A stretch of 64,000 nucleotides of DNA from Macrostomum hystrix. Its lineage: Eukaryota; Animalia; Platyhelminthes. Positions 1 to 13,100 of the stretch are shown here, in pieces. The stretch is taken from contig CATNEN010000003.1 of NCBI GenBank assembly GCA_950097015.1, forward strand, positions 14,198,001 to 14,262,000, in the 5' to 3' direction. Within the stretch, counting starts at the first letter, position 1, and each line of letters opens with the position of its first letter. Under the pieces are notes generated by a model, which saw only the letters and a program-made list of their open reading frames with translations, made no database searches and was not told where the DNA came from. The translations under genes and the position numbers were made by a program.

Positions 1-800
1 AGCCACCATTGCAGACGGACCGATGCATCGTTCTATGGCAGCTGAATTGTGTCCAGTAATTTTCGCGATTTCGGGCCTGGACATGCCCTCGTCACGCAGC
101 GTTGTGGTGCAAGTCTTCCTGAGCGACTGATTGCTGTACTTCCCAATTGTTGGCTCCGGCAGACTCACCGTGACGGTGCGCACAACTGAATCGATAGTGT
201 GGTGTCCTAGTAACTGATTCTGATACCACTTCCCATGCAGCTCGAATAGATGCAGGATTCCGGTACCAGGCCAAAAACAGTTGCGGCTTTGTGCATTCGG
301 CCGGGCGGAGGCTGACGTAGCGCTTGTACAAGCAAACAAGACAGCGCTTGTGTCCGTCCTGGTGTATGATAGACCGTGTTACGCTTGATGGACCGAATAA
401 AGGTCTTTAGGCCACACGGTCGTGTTTTGGACACCGTGGTTTCGGCATACGTCAGAATCTCGTCTTCTCCCTTGGTCACCAGTTAGATTTGTTTGTTATA
501 CTTTTGGAGATGAAGTTCGCGTCCTCCACGAAGTCCAAACACTTTACCAATTAAAAATATCACTGTAAAAACGAGCGTCTGCGGTGTGCTCTCTCCAAGA
601 ACTCCTCGCTTCCAGAGAGTGGCTTCCTCTGTGGCAGGAATCGGTGCTGCAGTTTGAAAGCCATTCAGGTTCCCGGCTTCAGCAGTCTCACGCATTGCCG
701 CATCCAAGGCCTGTCGCAAGCTAGCAAATTCTGCGTCCGTCCAGATGGACATCTGGCGCTTCATTGTATTCATTGTAAAAGTGTTGGATCATCGGCACCA
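1..800 (-). pseudogene. Decayed Crypton-type / DUF3504 tyrosine recombinase transposon remnant
   Basis: Minus-strand peptides read EFASLRQALDAAMRE..EEATLWKRGVLGESTPQTLVFTVIFLIGKVFGLRGGRE, then a stop at 483, then YAETVSKT and LYKRYVSLRP. Another frame gives KYSNQSLRKTCTTTLRDEGMSRPEIAKITGHNSAAIERC, matching the YR box II pattern HSLR..TGH..Y. The stop and frameshifts indicate decay. Confidence 0.8.
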
Positions 801-1042
801 AGTTTTTTAGTGTTCCCGGCGGATATTTATTGCCATTCTCCTTCCTCACCTCAAAAACGTATTTTGAAATAGATTGAAGTGTGCAGTAAATTCCGCAACT
901 GTGCGGTAAATGTGCGGCTACTTGATCTCCGTGCCATCCCTCTTCTGAGCTACTATGCAGTAAATCCCAGACGGGTATTGTCTATGGGCCGAAGGAGCTG
1001 GTCTTGCGCACACACACTTGGTCATAAATCAATGCACTTATA

Positions 1043-1167
1043 CTAGGCTTCCTAGTGCGTAAATAGTCTATGGCACGTAAATAGTCTTGGCACGTAAATA
1101 GTCTATGGCACGTAAATAGTCTTGCGCGCACTCGTGCCATAGACTATTTACGCACTAGGAAGCCTAG
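1043..1167. mobile_element. Small foldback/MITE-like element with 35-bp terminal inverted repeats
   Basis: CTAGGCTTCCTAGTGCGTAAATAGTCTATGGCACG at 1043 and its exact reverse complement ending at 1167. The interior is tandem CGTAAATAGTCT(A)TGGCA units. Confidence 0.65.
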
Positions 1168-1860
1168 CATAAATCTACCAATTCGGATTTCATAAAAGAT
1201 CGCGGTAGTTTAATATGCATTCTATGGTAAAAAGTCCTCGGCCACTTTTAATGGTCCTCGGCTCGCTTCGCTCGCCTCGTGACCATCAAATGCAGGCTCG
1301 GACTTTCTAACCCTAGAATTCGCATTAAACATCCATGATCTAATACTTGACTTTAAAAAAACTGAGAATAACATTATATTAACACAATCAACGCAGTTTA
1401 AATTGAACACGTGTGTTATAAATAAGCTCTATATTTTCTACTGCTATACGTTAAAAGGCCCAAAAATGTGTTGACTGAAAAAACTTATCGAAGCACTTTT
1501 TTTCTTACTTCTAAAAATGATTACTAATAGTAAATTGAGACAAACTTGATGAGAATAGATTTCAAACTTTCGCGTGAGTAATAATAGACCAGCGGATCTA
1601 GGATAGAATGATTCAAAAGCGAGCTAATTTAAGTGTGTACAAATTTTAGTTTTGCATGCGTTTGAACTATAAAATTCTATAATAGTGTCGTTAGTACTGG
1701 GTCGTACTGAGAATTAAAGATCTCAATAAATTCTGATTGGATTTCTAATCATCAAAATGAGCATGCTCAAAGTCTACAAATATTACCTTGGGAGTTAGCG
1801 ACGCCGGATTATAAATATGGCTCAAAATTGAACATTTCCAGTTTCAAATAGAGCATAAAA

Positions 1861-2333
1861 GACTGACAGACAGACAGGTAGATGGAGGACAGACAGACAG
1901 GTAGATAGAGGACAGACAGACAGGTAGATAGAGGACAGACAGACAGGTAGATAGAGGACAGACAGACAGGTAGATAGAGGACAGACAGACAGGTAGATAG
2001 AGGACAGACAGACAGGTAGATAGAGGACAGACAGACAGGTAGATAGAGGACAGACAGACAGGTAGATAGAGGACAGACAGACAGGTAGATAGAGGACAGA
2101 CAGACAGGTAGATAGAGGACAGACAGACAGGTAGATAGAGGACAGACAGACAGGTAGATAGAGGACAGACAGACAGGTAGATAGAGGACAGACAGACAGG
2201 TAGATAGAGGACAGACAGACAGGTAGATAGAGGACAGACAGACAGGTAGATAGAGGACAGACAGACAGGTAGATAGAGGACAGACAGACAGGTAGATAGA
2301 GGACAGACAGACAGGTAGATAGAGGACAGACAG
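1861..2333. repeat. 23-bp minisatellite (GACAGACAGACAGGTAGATAGAG)n
   Basis: Direct tandem repeat just downstream of the BAR gene stop. Confidence 0.95.
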
Positions 2334-2387
2334 GGAAGGTCTTTATCGCTAATTTCGTCAGTAGTAGCCAGCAGGTGCTTCAGTGAA

Positions 2388-5300
2388 TCAGCAGTCGTCG
2401 TCCGTTTTTTTGTCGTCTCCCTCGGTCCTCAGCGAGGAGTCCTGCGCCATGAGCTTAGGCTTCGGAAACTTCTGCGGTGGCGACCGTTGGGCCCGCGGAA
2501 CCACAGAGTCGTAGACGTCGGTGCTTAACGAGCAGTTGGAACTTCTCCGGCTACGCAGGCTGCCACCGGCTCGAGAATCGCTGCCGCTGCCGCCTCCGCC
2601 TCCGACGGCGCCGACAGGTGCTGCTGTTCCGGTCGGTTCCTTCAGTTTCAATGATTGCAATCATGAACTCTTTGCATTCCATGACACCCGATTTTCTTCC
2701 CTGACACCCGATTTCCTTCCCTGACACCCGATTTCCTTCCCTGACACCCGATTTCCTTCCCTGACACCCGACTTCCTTCCCTGACACCCGATTTCCTTCC
2801 CTGACACCCGACTTCCTTCCCTGACACCCGACTTCCTTCCCTGACACCCGACTTCCTTCCCTGACACCCGATTTCCTTCCCTGACACCCGATTTCCTTCC
2901 CTGACACCCGATTTCCTTCCCTGACACCCGATTTCACTCCCTGACACCCGATTTCACTCCCTGACACCCGATTTCACTCCCGGACACCCGATTTCACTCC
3001 GTGAGACCCGATTTCCTTCCCTGACACTCGATTTCACTCTCTGACACCGAATTTCTTCCCTGACACCCAACAGTATTCCCTGAGACGCAACAGTATTCCC
3101 TGACACCCAACAGTATTCCCTGACACCCAACAGTATTCCCTGACACCCAACAGTATTCCCTGACACCCAACAGTATTCCCTGACACCCAACAGTATTCCC
3201 TGACACCCAACAGTATTCCCTGACACCCAACAGTATTCCCTGACACCCAACAGTATTCCCTGACACCCAACAGTATTCCCTGACACCCAACAGTATTCCC
3301 TCACACCGCTTCGCCTAGCGGATGCACCTCACCGGTTCATCTTCAACTGAATAATCGTCATTTTCGAATGGTTCAGCCGCGGACCTGCAAGTTATTTATT
3401 GAGGAGTTTTTTCAAAATATATTCTACTTTGAGTAGTGCACATAGAAATGAAATCTTGTGTCAACTGGTGCCAAAAAGAACTTGCACAACAAATCTATCA
3501 CAGTCGTAGATACCCTCGCCGCGTAGCCTATCGTAATCGCGCACGATTGACAACAGATGAGACATTGTCTGAGGGATTAGAATGTCACCAACTCAATTAA
3601 GCTGCTCTGAAGCGTATTCTAAGCGAAACATAATAGTTTTCGAAATCATTAAAATCGAAACCTCGCTTTCAGCCTTCGCAATGTCGCCCTGGATTTGAAA
3701 TACCGAGCGCCACAACTTCGAGTAGAATTCCAAACGACTGAAATTAGATTTTTTGCCGTCATAAAATTAATTCTATTAAATATAGTGCACTTTTTTAAAC
3801 TTACGAATTGTAAAATTTTGGCAGCTCGTCTTGAAGCTTTCTTTGGACAATTCTGGCCGAAGTAGCCTTCTCATAAGCAACATTTTGCAACTGGATAAAA
3901 ATAAAAAAGCGTGTGGTATCACTGGTATGTAAGAATCCGAAGTACTAAATTAAATTGTCACGTGACCTAAATGTATTATCGTAGAGGGTAGCTTAAAACA
4001 TTACGTCACCAACAAATAGGATAGTTCTAAACATCACGTGACCCATAAGACTGGCAGTTAAGGTTGAGTGTTCAAAACAGCACGTGACCCATGGACAGGA
4101 ATATACGGTTGCGAGTTCAAAACATCACGTGACCCCTAAACTTGAAGATAATTTGAGAGTTCAAAACATTAGGTGACCCATCAGACTAGCAGTTGAGGTT
4201 GAGAGTTCAAAACAGCACGTGACCCATAGATTGATAGATAAATTTGGATAGTTCTAAACATCACGTGACCCATAAGACTGGCAGATAAGGTTGAGAGTTT
4301 AAAACAGCACGTGACCCTTAAACTTGAAAATAATTTGAGTGTTCAAAACATTACGTGACCCATAGACTTTTAGATGAGGTTGAAACTTCTAAGCATCACG
4401 TGACCCGTAGACTTTTATGAGGTTGCGAGTTCAAAACGTCACGTTACGAACAGATTAGTAGATAAATTAGGATAGTTTCTAACATCACGTATTTTAGTGG
4501 TCAAAGAAAGGCATCACGCCTAGATATTCGAGTCACATTACTCGATAGATATTTTATGCAGAGTATTTCTACATCTGAACGAATTTTGTTATTTACACTC
4601 GCTTCACACTACTTACACGCCTCAGCTCGTCAGCGTCCATGCTCTTTTTCCGCTGATAAGATTGAACTTTCCTGTCGGCAGCCTGACGCTGTCTGCTCTT
4701 CTCAACGTAGTCTTTGATCTCTTTCTGAAGAGGAATGTCATTAAAAACTTATTAAAGTACTTTGCAGGAGAGCTAAAAGCAATGGCACACAAGGCCTAAG
4801 CAATTGCCTAGCAAGTAGTATATTGCGTATCTGATTGCAAAATTTCACTACCTCGTAAGGTCCGAACTGGTCTTTGAAGACGATCGTCTCCTCGACTGGA
4901 ATGGTTTCCAAATTTTTTGCTCCATTCTGACTGATATTCGCCAGCACCTGAAATTGGAATTTTATTTCAAACCTAAATCATCGCTCATTAATTGTTGCTA
5001 TGGATTTCAAACAAGTTTCAACCATCGGCAGTTTTGTCTATGGTCGTATCCAACTATCAACATCAAACAAGCAGGACCTGAAAGCTTCGCTTAAACTCCT
5101 CCTTTTCAACCCAGTTGTCCTCGTATAGGCTGTGAAGAGCCGTGTAAAAGCTCTGCTGTGAGGCGATGAATTCTGAAAATTGATCAACCAAGATAAATTG
5201 GGATTGTTTTGTTGCTAAAAAACTAATTTATTTTTTATCCAGCTCATTTGGCATTGTGCCTCACTTCTATAAGACTCTGTGTACAGCCTGAGCTCCTTGT

Positions 5301-6646
5301 ATAGATTGTTCATTTTTTTCTGAAAGTCAACAGTGTTATTATATTTATAGTAACCATATGATTATAATATAATCTTCAAGTCTGACCAGAAAGGGGGCGA
5401 AACGACTCGTCCCTAATCACTCTAATCACTCCCTAATCACTCTAGTCACTCCCCAATCAGTTTAGTCACTCCCCAATCACTCTTAGGCACTCTCGAATCA
5501 CTCTAGTCACTCCCTAATCACTCTAGTCACTCCCCAATCAGTTTAGTCACTCCCCAATCACTCTTAGTCACTCTCGAATCACTCTTGTCACTCCCTAAGC
5601 ACTCTAGTCACTCCCCAATCACTCTAGTCACTCCCCAATCACTCTAGTCACTCTCGAATCACTCTAGTCACTCCCTAAGCACTCTAGTCACTCCCCAATC
5701 ACTCTAGTCACTCCCCAATCACTCTAGTCACTCTCGAATCACTCTAGTCACTCCCCAATCACTCTAGTCACTCTCGAATCACTCTAGTCACTCCCTAATC
5801 ACTCTTAGTCACTCTCGAATCACTCTAGTCACTCCCTAATCACTCTTAGTCACTCTCGAATCACTCTAGTCACTCCCTAATCACTCTAGTCACTCCCCAA
5901 TCACTCTAGTCAATCCCGAATCACTCTTGTCATTCCCTAATCACTCTAGTCACTCCATAATCACTCTAGTCACTCCTGAATCAATCTTAGTCAATCCCTA
6001 AGCACTCTAGTCACTCCCCAATCACTCTTAGGCACTCTGGAATCACTCTGGTCACTCCCTAAGCACTCTAGTCACTCCCTAATCACTCTAGTCACTCCCC
6101 AATCAGTTTAGTCACTCCCCAATCACTCTTAGGCACTCTCGAATCACTCTTGTCACTCTCTAAGCACTCTAGTCACTCCCCAATCACTCTAGTCACTCCC
6201 CAATCACTCTAGTCACTCTCGAATCACTCTAGTCACTCCCTAATCACTCTAGTCACTCCCCAATCAGTTTAGTCACTCCCTAATCACTCTTAGTCACTCT
6301 CGAATCACTCTAGTCACTCCCTAATCACTCAAGTCACTCCCCAATCACTCATATTCACTCCCTAATCACTCTAGTCACTCCCCAGTCACTCTTAGTCACT
6401 CTCGAATCACTCTGGTCACTCCCTAAGCACTCTAGACACTCCCCAATCACTCATAATCACTCCCTAATCACTCTAGTCACTCTGTACCCACTCTAATCAT
6501 ACTCTTATCTCTCTTCAGTCCCTACTCACTCTAATCATTCCCTAATCACTGTAGTCACTCCCTATTCACGCTGACAAATTGAAGCGACTTACCTTCAGTT
6601 TCTTCAGCTTCTCATCGCTAGCCATCACAGCGTCGCTCTGAGCCAT
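2388..6646 (-). CDS. Amphiphysin/BIN-like BAR-domain protein, multi-exon, no SH3 seen
   Basis: GT-AG exons: MAQSDAVMASDEKLKKLK (~6646-6593); KKMNNLYKELRLYTESYR (~5320-5265); FIASQQSFYTALHSLYEDNWVEKEEFKRSFQ (~5172-5078); VLANISQNG..FGPYE (~4947-4852); KEIKDYVEKSRQRQAADRK.. (~4724-4617); LQNVAYEK..LQDELPKFYNS (~3890-3805); RLEFYSKLWRSVFQIQ (~3737-3662). These resemble amphiphysin YEPDW and LQEELPSLWNSRVGFY. The last exon is ~2640-2388. Junctions in 3300-3620 are uncertain. Confidence 0.75.
2683..3305. repeat. Compound 20-bp minisatellite (CTGACACCCGATTTCCTTCC)n then (CTGACACCCAACAGTATTCC)n, intronic
   Basis: Two adjacent 20-mers sharing CCTGACACCC, with the switch at ~3060. Confidence 0.95.
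3955..4490. repeat. ~45-bp degenerate minisatellite carrying CACGTGAC E-boxes, intronic
   Basis: About 12 units of AAACA(T/G)CACGTGACCC..., eight with intact CACGTG. Confidence 0.85.
5406..6570. repeat. 20-bp (2x10) minisatellite (CACTCTAGTCACTCCCTAAT)n in BAR gene intron
   Basis: Direct tandem repeat with variants. Confidence 0.95.
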
Positions 6647-7539
6647 TGTGAAATTCTAAGCAAAAAAAATAAATTAAATTAAAAGCAAATGTAGTACAAA
6701 CGGCACAGTTTTCCTCTCTGTTGCAGGAAATAATTACCCCACACAAGATGAACTATGCGCAAATAGACGGATTGTAATATTAGCAGTACATATACATATA
6801 TATATATATTTATAGGTGATTTATCACTAATATAGCGCGACACGATTCGATTTCACATCAATATAGTTTCCTATTGGAATCAGTGTTTCAGAGCCGTTTT
6901 GAAATAGGTTTTACCTTTCGCAGCCTGTCCATATGACTGAGAATTAGCCGCTTCGCAAACTGTAAAACACTCGGTGCTTACAGTCAGAAGGAGGACCACC
7001 GAGTTTAACCGGATAACGTATGGCCTTTGTATATGCTGTGCCAAGCTTCACACAGATTAGCAACACATCAGATTGGCTTGGCTTATTGTAAACACTATTT
7101 TCATGCTAAATTCATCATGCATTTGTGCATCTGAATTTCATATGGAAGTTCGCTAATGGACAAAATTTAACTTTATTTAAGACCATTTTGTATGATTAAA
7201 ATCATCTAACATCACCTTCTTTCATTTGGGCGTGCGAATAATTTTACACAAAATTTTAATAGCTACTTTAAAGAGTATAAAATATATAAATAGTATAAAA
7301 ACTATAGACGTTTCGAGTGTAAGAACATACGAGTACTTTCTCGGCGTTGTTTTAGCAGGCCAAAATATTGTTATAATAATTAAATATATTTTACTATTTA
7401 TTTTGATTTTATTAATTAATTGAATAGAAGACAAAGCATGCTTTTCGGCTCGAGAATGCTAAGTCATAGAATTCTAAACTTGTCATGAAATTTGAGACAT
7501 CGCATTAAGGATTAGAACTCAACGAGAGCGCAAAGTATC

Positions 7540-8157
7540 GTAGAATCCTAGTAGAATCCTAGTAGAATCCTGGTAGAATCCTAGTATATTCCTAGTAGAA
7601 TCCTAGTAGAATCCTGGTAGAATCCTAGTATAATCCTAGTAGAATCCTAGTAGAATCCAAGAAGAATCCTAGAAGAATCCTAGTAGAATCCTAGAAGAAT
7701 CCTAGTAGAACCCTTTGTAGAATCCTAGTAGAATCCTAGTAGAATCCTAGTAGAATCCTAGTAGAATCCTAGTAGAATCCTAGTAGAATCCTAGTAGAAT
7801 CCTAGTAGAATCCTAGTAGAATCCTAGTAGAATCGTAGTGGAATCCTTTGTAGAATCCTAGTAGAATCCTAGTAGAATCCTTTGTAGAATCCTAGTAGAA
7901 TCCTAGAAGAATCCTAGAAGAATCCTAGTAGAACCCTTTGTAGAATCCTTTGTAGAATCCTAGTAGAATCCTTTGTAGAATCCTAGTAGAATCCTAGTAG
8001 AATCCTAGTAGAATCCTAGTAGAATCCTAGTAGAATCATAGTAGAATCCTTTGTAGAATCCTAGTAGAATCCTTTGTAGAATCCTAGTAGAATCCTTTGT
8101 AGAATCCTAGTAGAATCCTTTGTAGAATCCTAGTAGAATCCTAGTAGAATCCTAGTA
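7540..8157. repeat. 11-bp minisatellite (AGAATCCTAGT)n
   Basis: Direct tandem repeat. Confidence 0.95.
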
Positions 8158-8678
8158 TTTCGTCAGTACAAGCGGACCGCTGTGATCAACTGTTGATGCT
8201 TCTACTGCATCAAACCTACTGGAGCATGAAATTATTTAAAGCTATAGGCGCTTTTGTCTATCACCGGGGTCGGTGCCCGATACCAATCGTTTCAATTGTA
8301 GCAGCGGCTGAAATAAGCTATAATTAGCATGACCAAGTGATGACCAAGGTGGCGCGATCGATCTCAATGTTCCGACTCACAAAATAAAATAAACAACATG
8401 GGTTTGGACAAACTCCAAATTGATTTACATTGATTAGATTTAGCTGCTCACACTAACACATCAGCTTTTTCTATACATATCGATTCAAATCAGTTGAGGA
8501 AACTATATTTCTCTTTTTAGTTATTCTTAATGTCGATGTGACCTGGTAGCTCAGTATAAAGTAGAAAAAACGAATGCCAATTTTCCAACTGTAAACAACA
8601 TGGTGAGGTAGTATGCATAGATACCACGTTGACCATTTTTTACTAAATCCGCACAAATTTCTGCACACAGTCTTTCAT

Positions 8679-9123
8679 TTAAAAAATAAAACAAAAAACC
8701 TGACAAGAAAAGCGATTGAAAGTTGGACACAACAAGACGATTAAGCTGGGCATTAAAAATATAAAACATTTTTAATATTGAACCAAATGATTTAGTAAAA
8801 GTTTTCCGTTGTTCGTTTAATTTTCGTTGATTGTTTAATTAAAAGTTTTAAGTTATGTAAGAATTCTTGGAATTTTATGTGACTAAGTCGCACGTTTTTT
8901 AAAAATATGCGTTAAAGTTCTTTTATCCATATGTTTAACATTTTCATGTACAAAATTATTTAAACAATAAAACAAAAAACCTGACAAGAAAAGCGATTGA
9001 AAGTTGGACACAACAAGACGATTAAGAAGGGCATTAAAAATATAATACATTATTAATATTGAACCAAATGATTTAGTAAAAGTTTTCTGTTGTTCGTTTA
9101 TTTTTCGTTGATTGTTTAATTAA
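8679..9123. repeat. ~165-bp AT-rich direct duplication (8679-8842 / 8960-9123)
   Basis: AATAAAACAAAAAACCTGACAAGAAAAGCGATTGAAAGTTGGACACAACAAGACGATTAAG... is present twice with few mismatches. Confidence 0.85.
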
Positions 9124-9649
9124 ATAACATTTAATCAAATATTATGTTTGATTAACATTTTCATGTACAAAATGAAAGCCATTGTATAAAGCTGTGAGAC
9201 AATACAGGACAATTAAAACAGTTTTTAGAATTGATCACAGTAAAATGCTATAATTTTGTATAATTAATATTATTAATTGTTTTGTATAAAAACTACATTT
9301 TACCAAACCTTAATTATAACTTGATTACAACAAAGCTGAACAAAAGCTAGATTTTTGATTAAAAGTACACCGGTACTTTGTAAGACGAATGTGTTGAAAA
9401 TAAAGATCGGAATAAATTGGACTTTAAACTATCATAATACACATGTATATACTAATCACTGAAGACTATAGATAGTTTGATTGCGTCACTAAAAAAGAAG
9501 TATGTGCAAAAACAGTGCAAAATCACAATTTTTTTCAGGTAAAAATGTATGCCCTTGCGATGAAAGGATACGATTGCGATTGAAACGACTAGGGGATAAA
9601 ATTATGAAGTTTAAGGATAATTAGGGGCAAACTCTTCTCTCCCACTAAC

Positions 9650-10142
9650 TTTCTCCCTCTCCCAAATCTCCCTCTCCCAAATCTCCCTCTCCCAATCTCC
9701 CTCTCACAATCTCCCTCTCCCAAATCTCCCTCTCCCAAATCTCCCTCTCCCAAATCTCCCTCTCACAATCTCCCTCTCACAATCTCCCTCTCACAATCTC
9801 CCTCTCCCAAATCTCCCTCTCACAGTCTCCCTCTCCCAAATCTCCCTCTCCCAAATCTCCCTCTCCCAATCTCCCTCTCACAATCTCCCTCTCCCAAATC
9901 TCCCTCTCCCAAATCTCCCTCTCCCAAATCTCCCTCTATCAAAATCTCCCTCTCACAATCTCCCTCTCACAATCTCCCTCTCACAATCTGCCTCTCACAA
10001 TCTCCCTCTCACAATCTCCCTCTCACAATCTCCCTCTCCCAATCTCCCTCTCCCAAATCTCCCTCTATCAAAATCTCCCTCTCCCAATCTCCCTCTCCCA
10101 AATCTCCCTCTATCAAAATCTCCCTCTCACAATCTCCCCCTC
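9650..10142. repeat. 14-15-bp minisatellite (AATCTCCCTCTC[A/C]C[A])n just 3' of the SLC6 stop
   Basis: Direct tandem repeat. Confidence 0.95.
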
Positions 10143-10173
10143 CAATTCGTCAGTCAGCCCGATGTCAGCCTCA

Positions 10174-13100
10174 TTAATTGGCTGACGAGTCCACAGTCAG
10201 CTTGCTGGCAAAGACAACGGCCATTCGCTGATCGCCGGGCTCGTTCAAAGGAGCTGCTTCGCAATCTTTGTTGCGGACGTCTCCGCCGCCACCGCCGCTG
10301 GCAGCAGCGCGACCGGAGCCGCCAGCTTCCACACCGCCAGTGCAGGCCAGGGTTCGAATCCGTTCCTGACTGCTCAACAGGCTCAGCCACTGATCGCGAA
10401 ACTGTTCAACCATCGGGCCCCACTCCGGACTGGGTGACAGGGCCGACAGGAATCGATCCCCGAAGCCACCGGTGCCGCGACAGACTGCCACAGCAGCCAA
10501 GATTGGCAATGGCAGCAGAGACATCAAAGCCAGGCACATGCCGAGATTGATGGCCCACCTTGGATAATGGTATTTGTTCTCCTCAGGGCCGTAGGTAACC
10601 GGACTGTGGTTTGCGATCGATATTATGAAGATGAACTGTAAGGATGAGCGGTTGCATTGTGGGGTAATGACCAGTTCGGCTGGATGACTAGATGGCAGGA
10701 TGGGGCAATGACCAAATGGCTGACCAGATGGCAGGATGGGGCAATGACCAAATGGCTGACCAGATGGCAGGATGGGGCAATGACCAAATGGCTGACCAGA
10801 TGGCAGGATGGGGCAATGACCAAATGGCTGACCAGATGGGAGGATGGGGCAATGACCAAATGGCTGACCAGATGGCAGGATGGGGCAATGACCAAATGGC
10901 TGACCAGATGGGAGGATGGAGCAATGACCAAATGGCTGACCAGATGGCAGGATGGGGCAATGACAAAATGGATGACCAGATGGGAGGATGGGGCAATGAC
11001 CAAATGGATGACCAGATGGGAAGATGGGGCAATGACCAAATGGATGACCAGATGGGAAGATGGGGTAATGACCAAATGGATGACCAGATGGGAAGATGGG
11101 GTAATGACCAAATGGATGACCAGATGGGAGAACGGGGTAATGACCAAATGGATGACCAGATGGGGAAGTGGGGTGATGACTAATTGTGGGGATTTAGTGA
11201 GTCCATTTCGCTGAGCTGGCAGTAGAACTCACCAGAATCACAGCTGGCGTGATAAAACGCCAACAGATGCGCCACCAAGCCGACGGTCGACGACCCAGCA
11301 TGAGCTCAATGTCATTGTAGAACCTGTCGGCACCTGTAAAAAATGAAAGAAATGGACATCACTGTATTAGGATCCAGTAATCAAAATGAATTTTTTCAGT
11401 TATCACCCAAACTCTCGGATCAGGGTCCATGAGTTCGATTCCACAGCGAGGCCACATTCATTTGGGGGGGGGGGCTTGTCATGCCAATTAGCAGCAGAAT
11501 TCCCAATGATTCATATACCCACATTTTTCCTTTCTCTGTATTCCTTATAATACGCAATTTCCACTCACCATAGATCCATCCAATGACGATGCACTCAAAG
11601 AATGAGATGATCATTAGCGAGAATGTGGACGAGTACCAGTCCATGATCTGCAGAACGTACACTCCGCCCCTAGTGACGCACAGCACGCCGAGACCGAACT
11701 CCACTCCGACAAGTAGAGCAGTTATGAGTAGCTTTTTATTCTTCAGTTGTTTCGGAAACTCGTCAGTGAAGGCTGAGATCATGGTCTCAAACATGCCAAA
11801 CTGAAAGTGATGTGGGCTTATTAAATATATTCTATATTTTATTTCCCTTTACTCCTAGTGACTTTTTTAAAGAAACTTTTAAGCCTTTTTCCCTTAGGTT
11901 TGCTTTTACAACACCCAAAATTCTGACTTCCCAAATTCAGGAACTTTTATAAACACCTTAATTTCCCATATCCAATATTTGACAGCTCGCAAACATTTCT
12001 TATTCCAGAACTCCAATAAGGGCAGTGTATTCTGAAATCAAGGGATTTGAAACTAGTGATGTGAAACTAGGGTAATTTGAAGATTTAAAACTTGCGGATT
12101 TAAAAGAGAGGGGATTTGAAAGTTAGGGGATTTGAAAGTTAGGGGATTTGAAAGTTAAGGGATTTGAAAGTTAGGGGACTTGAAAGTTAGGGGATTTGAA
12201 AGTTAGGGGATTTGAAAGTTAGGGGATTTGAAAGTTAGGGGATTTGAAAGTTAGGGGATTTGAAAGTTAGGGGATTTGAAAGTTAGGGGATTTGAAAGTT
12301 AGAGGGTTTTGAAAGTTAGGGGATTTGAAAGTTAGGGGATTTGAAAGTTTGTGGATTTGAAAGTTAGGGGATTTGAAAGTTAGGGGATTTGAAAGTTAGG
12401 GGATTTGAAAGTTAGGGGATTTGAAAGTTAGGGGATTTGAAAGTTAGGGGATTTGAAAGTTAGGAGATTTGAAAGTTAGGGGATTTGAAAGTTAGGAGAT
12501 TTGAAAGTTAGGGGATTTGAAAGTTAGGGGATTCGAAAGTTAGGGGATTTGAAAGTTAGGGGATTTGAAAGTTAGGGGATTTGAAAGTTAAGGGATTTGA
12601 AAGTTAGGGGACTTGAAAGTTAGGGGATTTGAAAGTTAGGGGATTTGAAAGTTAGGGGATTTGAAAGTTAGGGGATTTGAAAGTTAGGGGATTTGAAAGT
12701 TAGGGGATTTGAAAGTTAGGGGATTTGAAAGTTAGAGGGTTTTGAAAGTTAGGGGATTTGAAAGTTAGGGGATTTGAAAGTTTGTGGATTTGAAAGTTAG
12801 GGGATTTGAAAGTTAGGGGATTTGAAAGTTAGGGGATTTGAAAGTTAGGGGATTTGAAAGTTAGGGGATTTGAAAGTTAGGGGATTTGAAAGTTAGGAGA
12901 TTTGAAAGTTAGGGGATTTGAAAGTTAGGAGATTTGAAAGTTAGGGGATTTGAAAGTTAGGGGATTCGAAAGTTAGGGGATTTGAAAGTTAGGGGATTTG
13001 AAAGTTAGGGGATTTAAAAGTATGGATTTGAAGGTCAGGGAATTTGAAACTTGGGGAATTCAAGACTAGGCGATGAGAAGTTCGGGGGTTGAAATGGGCG

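Noticed and set aside
10623-11214. Repeat-peptide ORFs resembling a neuropeptide precursor (MAGWGNDQ..)
   Set aside because: This is a 36-bp satellite inside SLC6 intron 6, with no signal peptide or dibasic cleavage sites.
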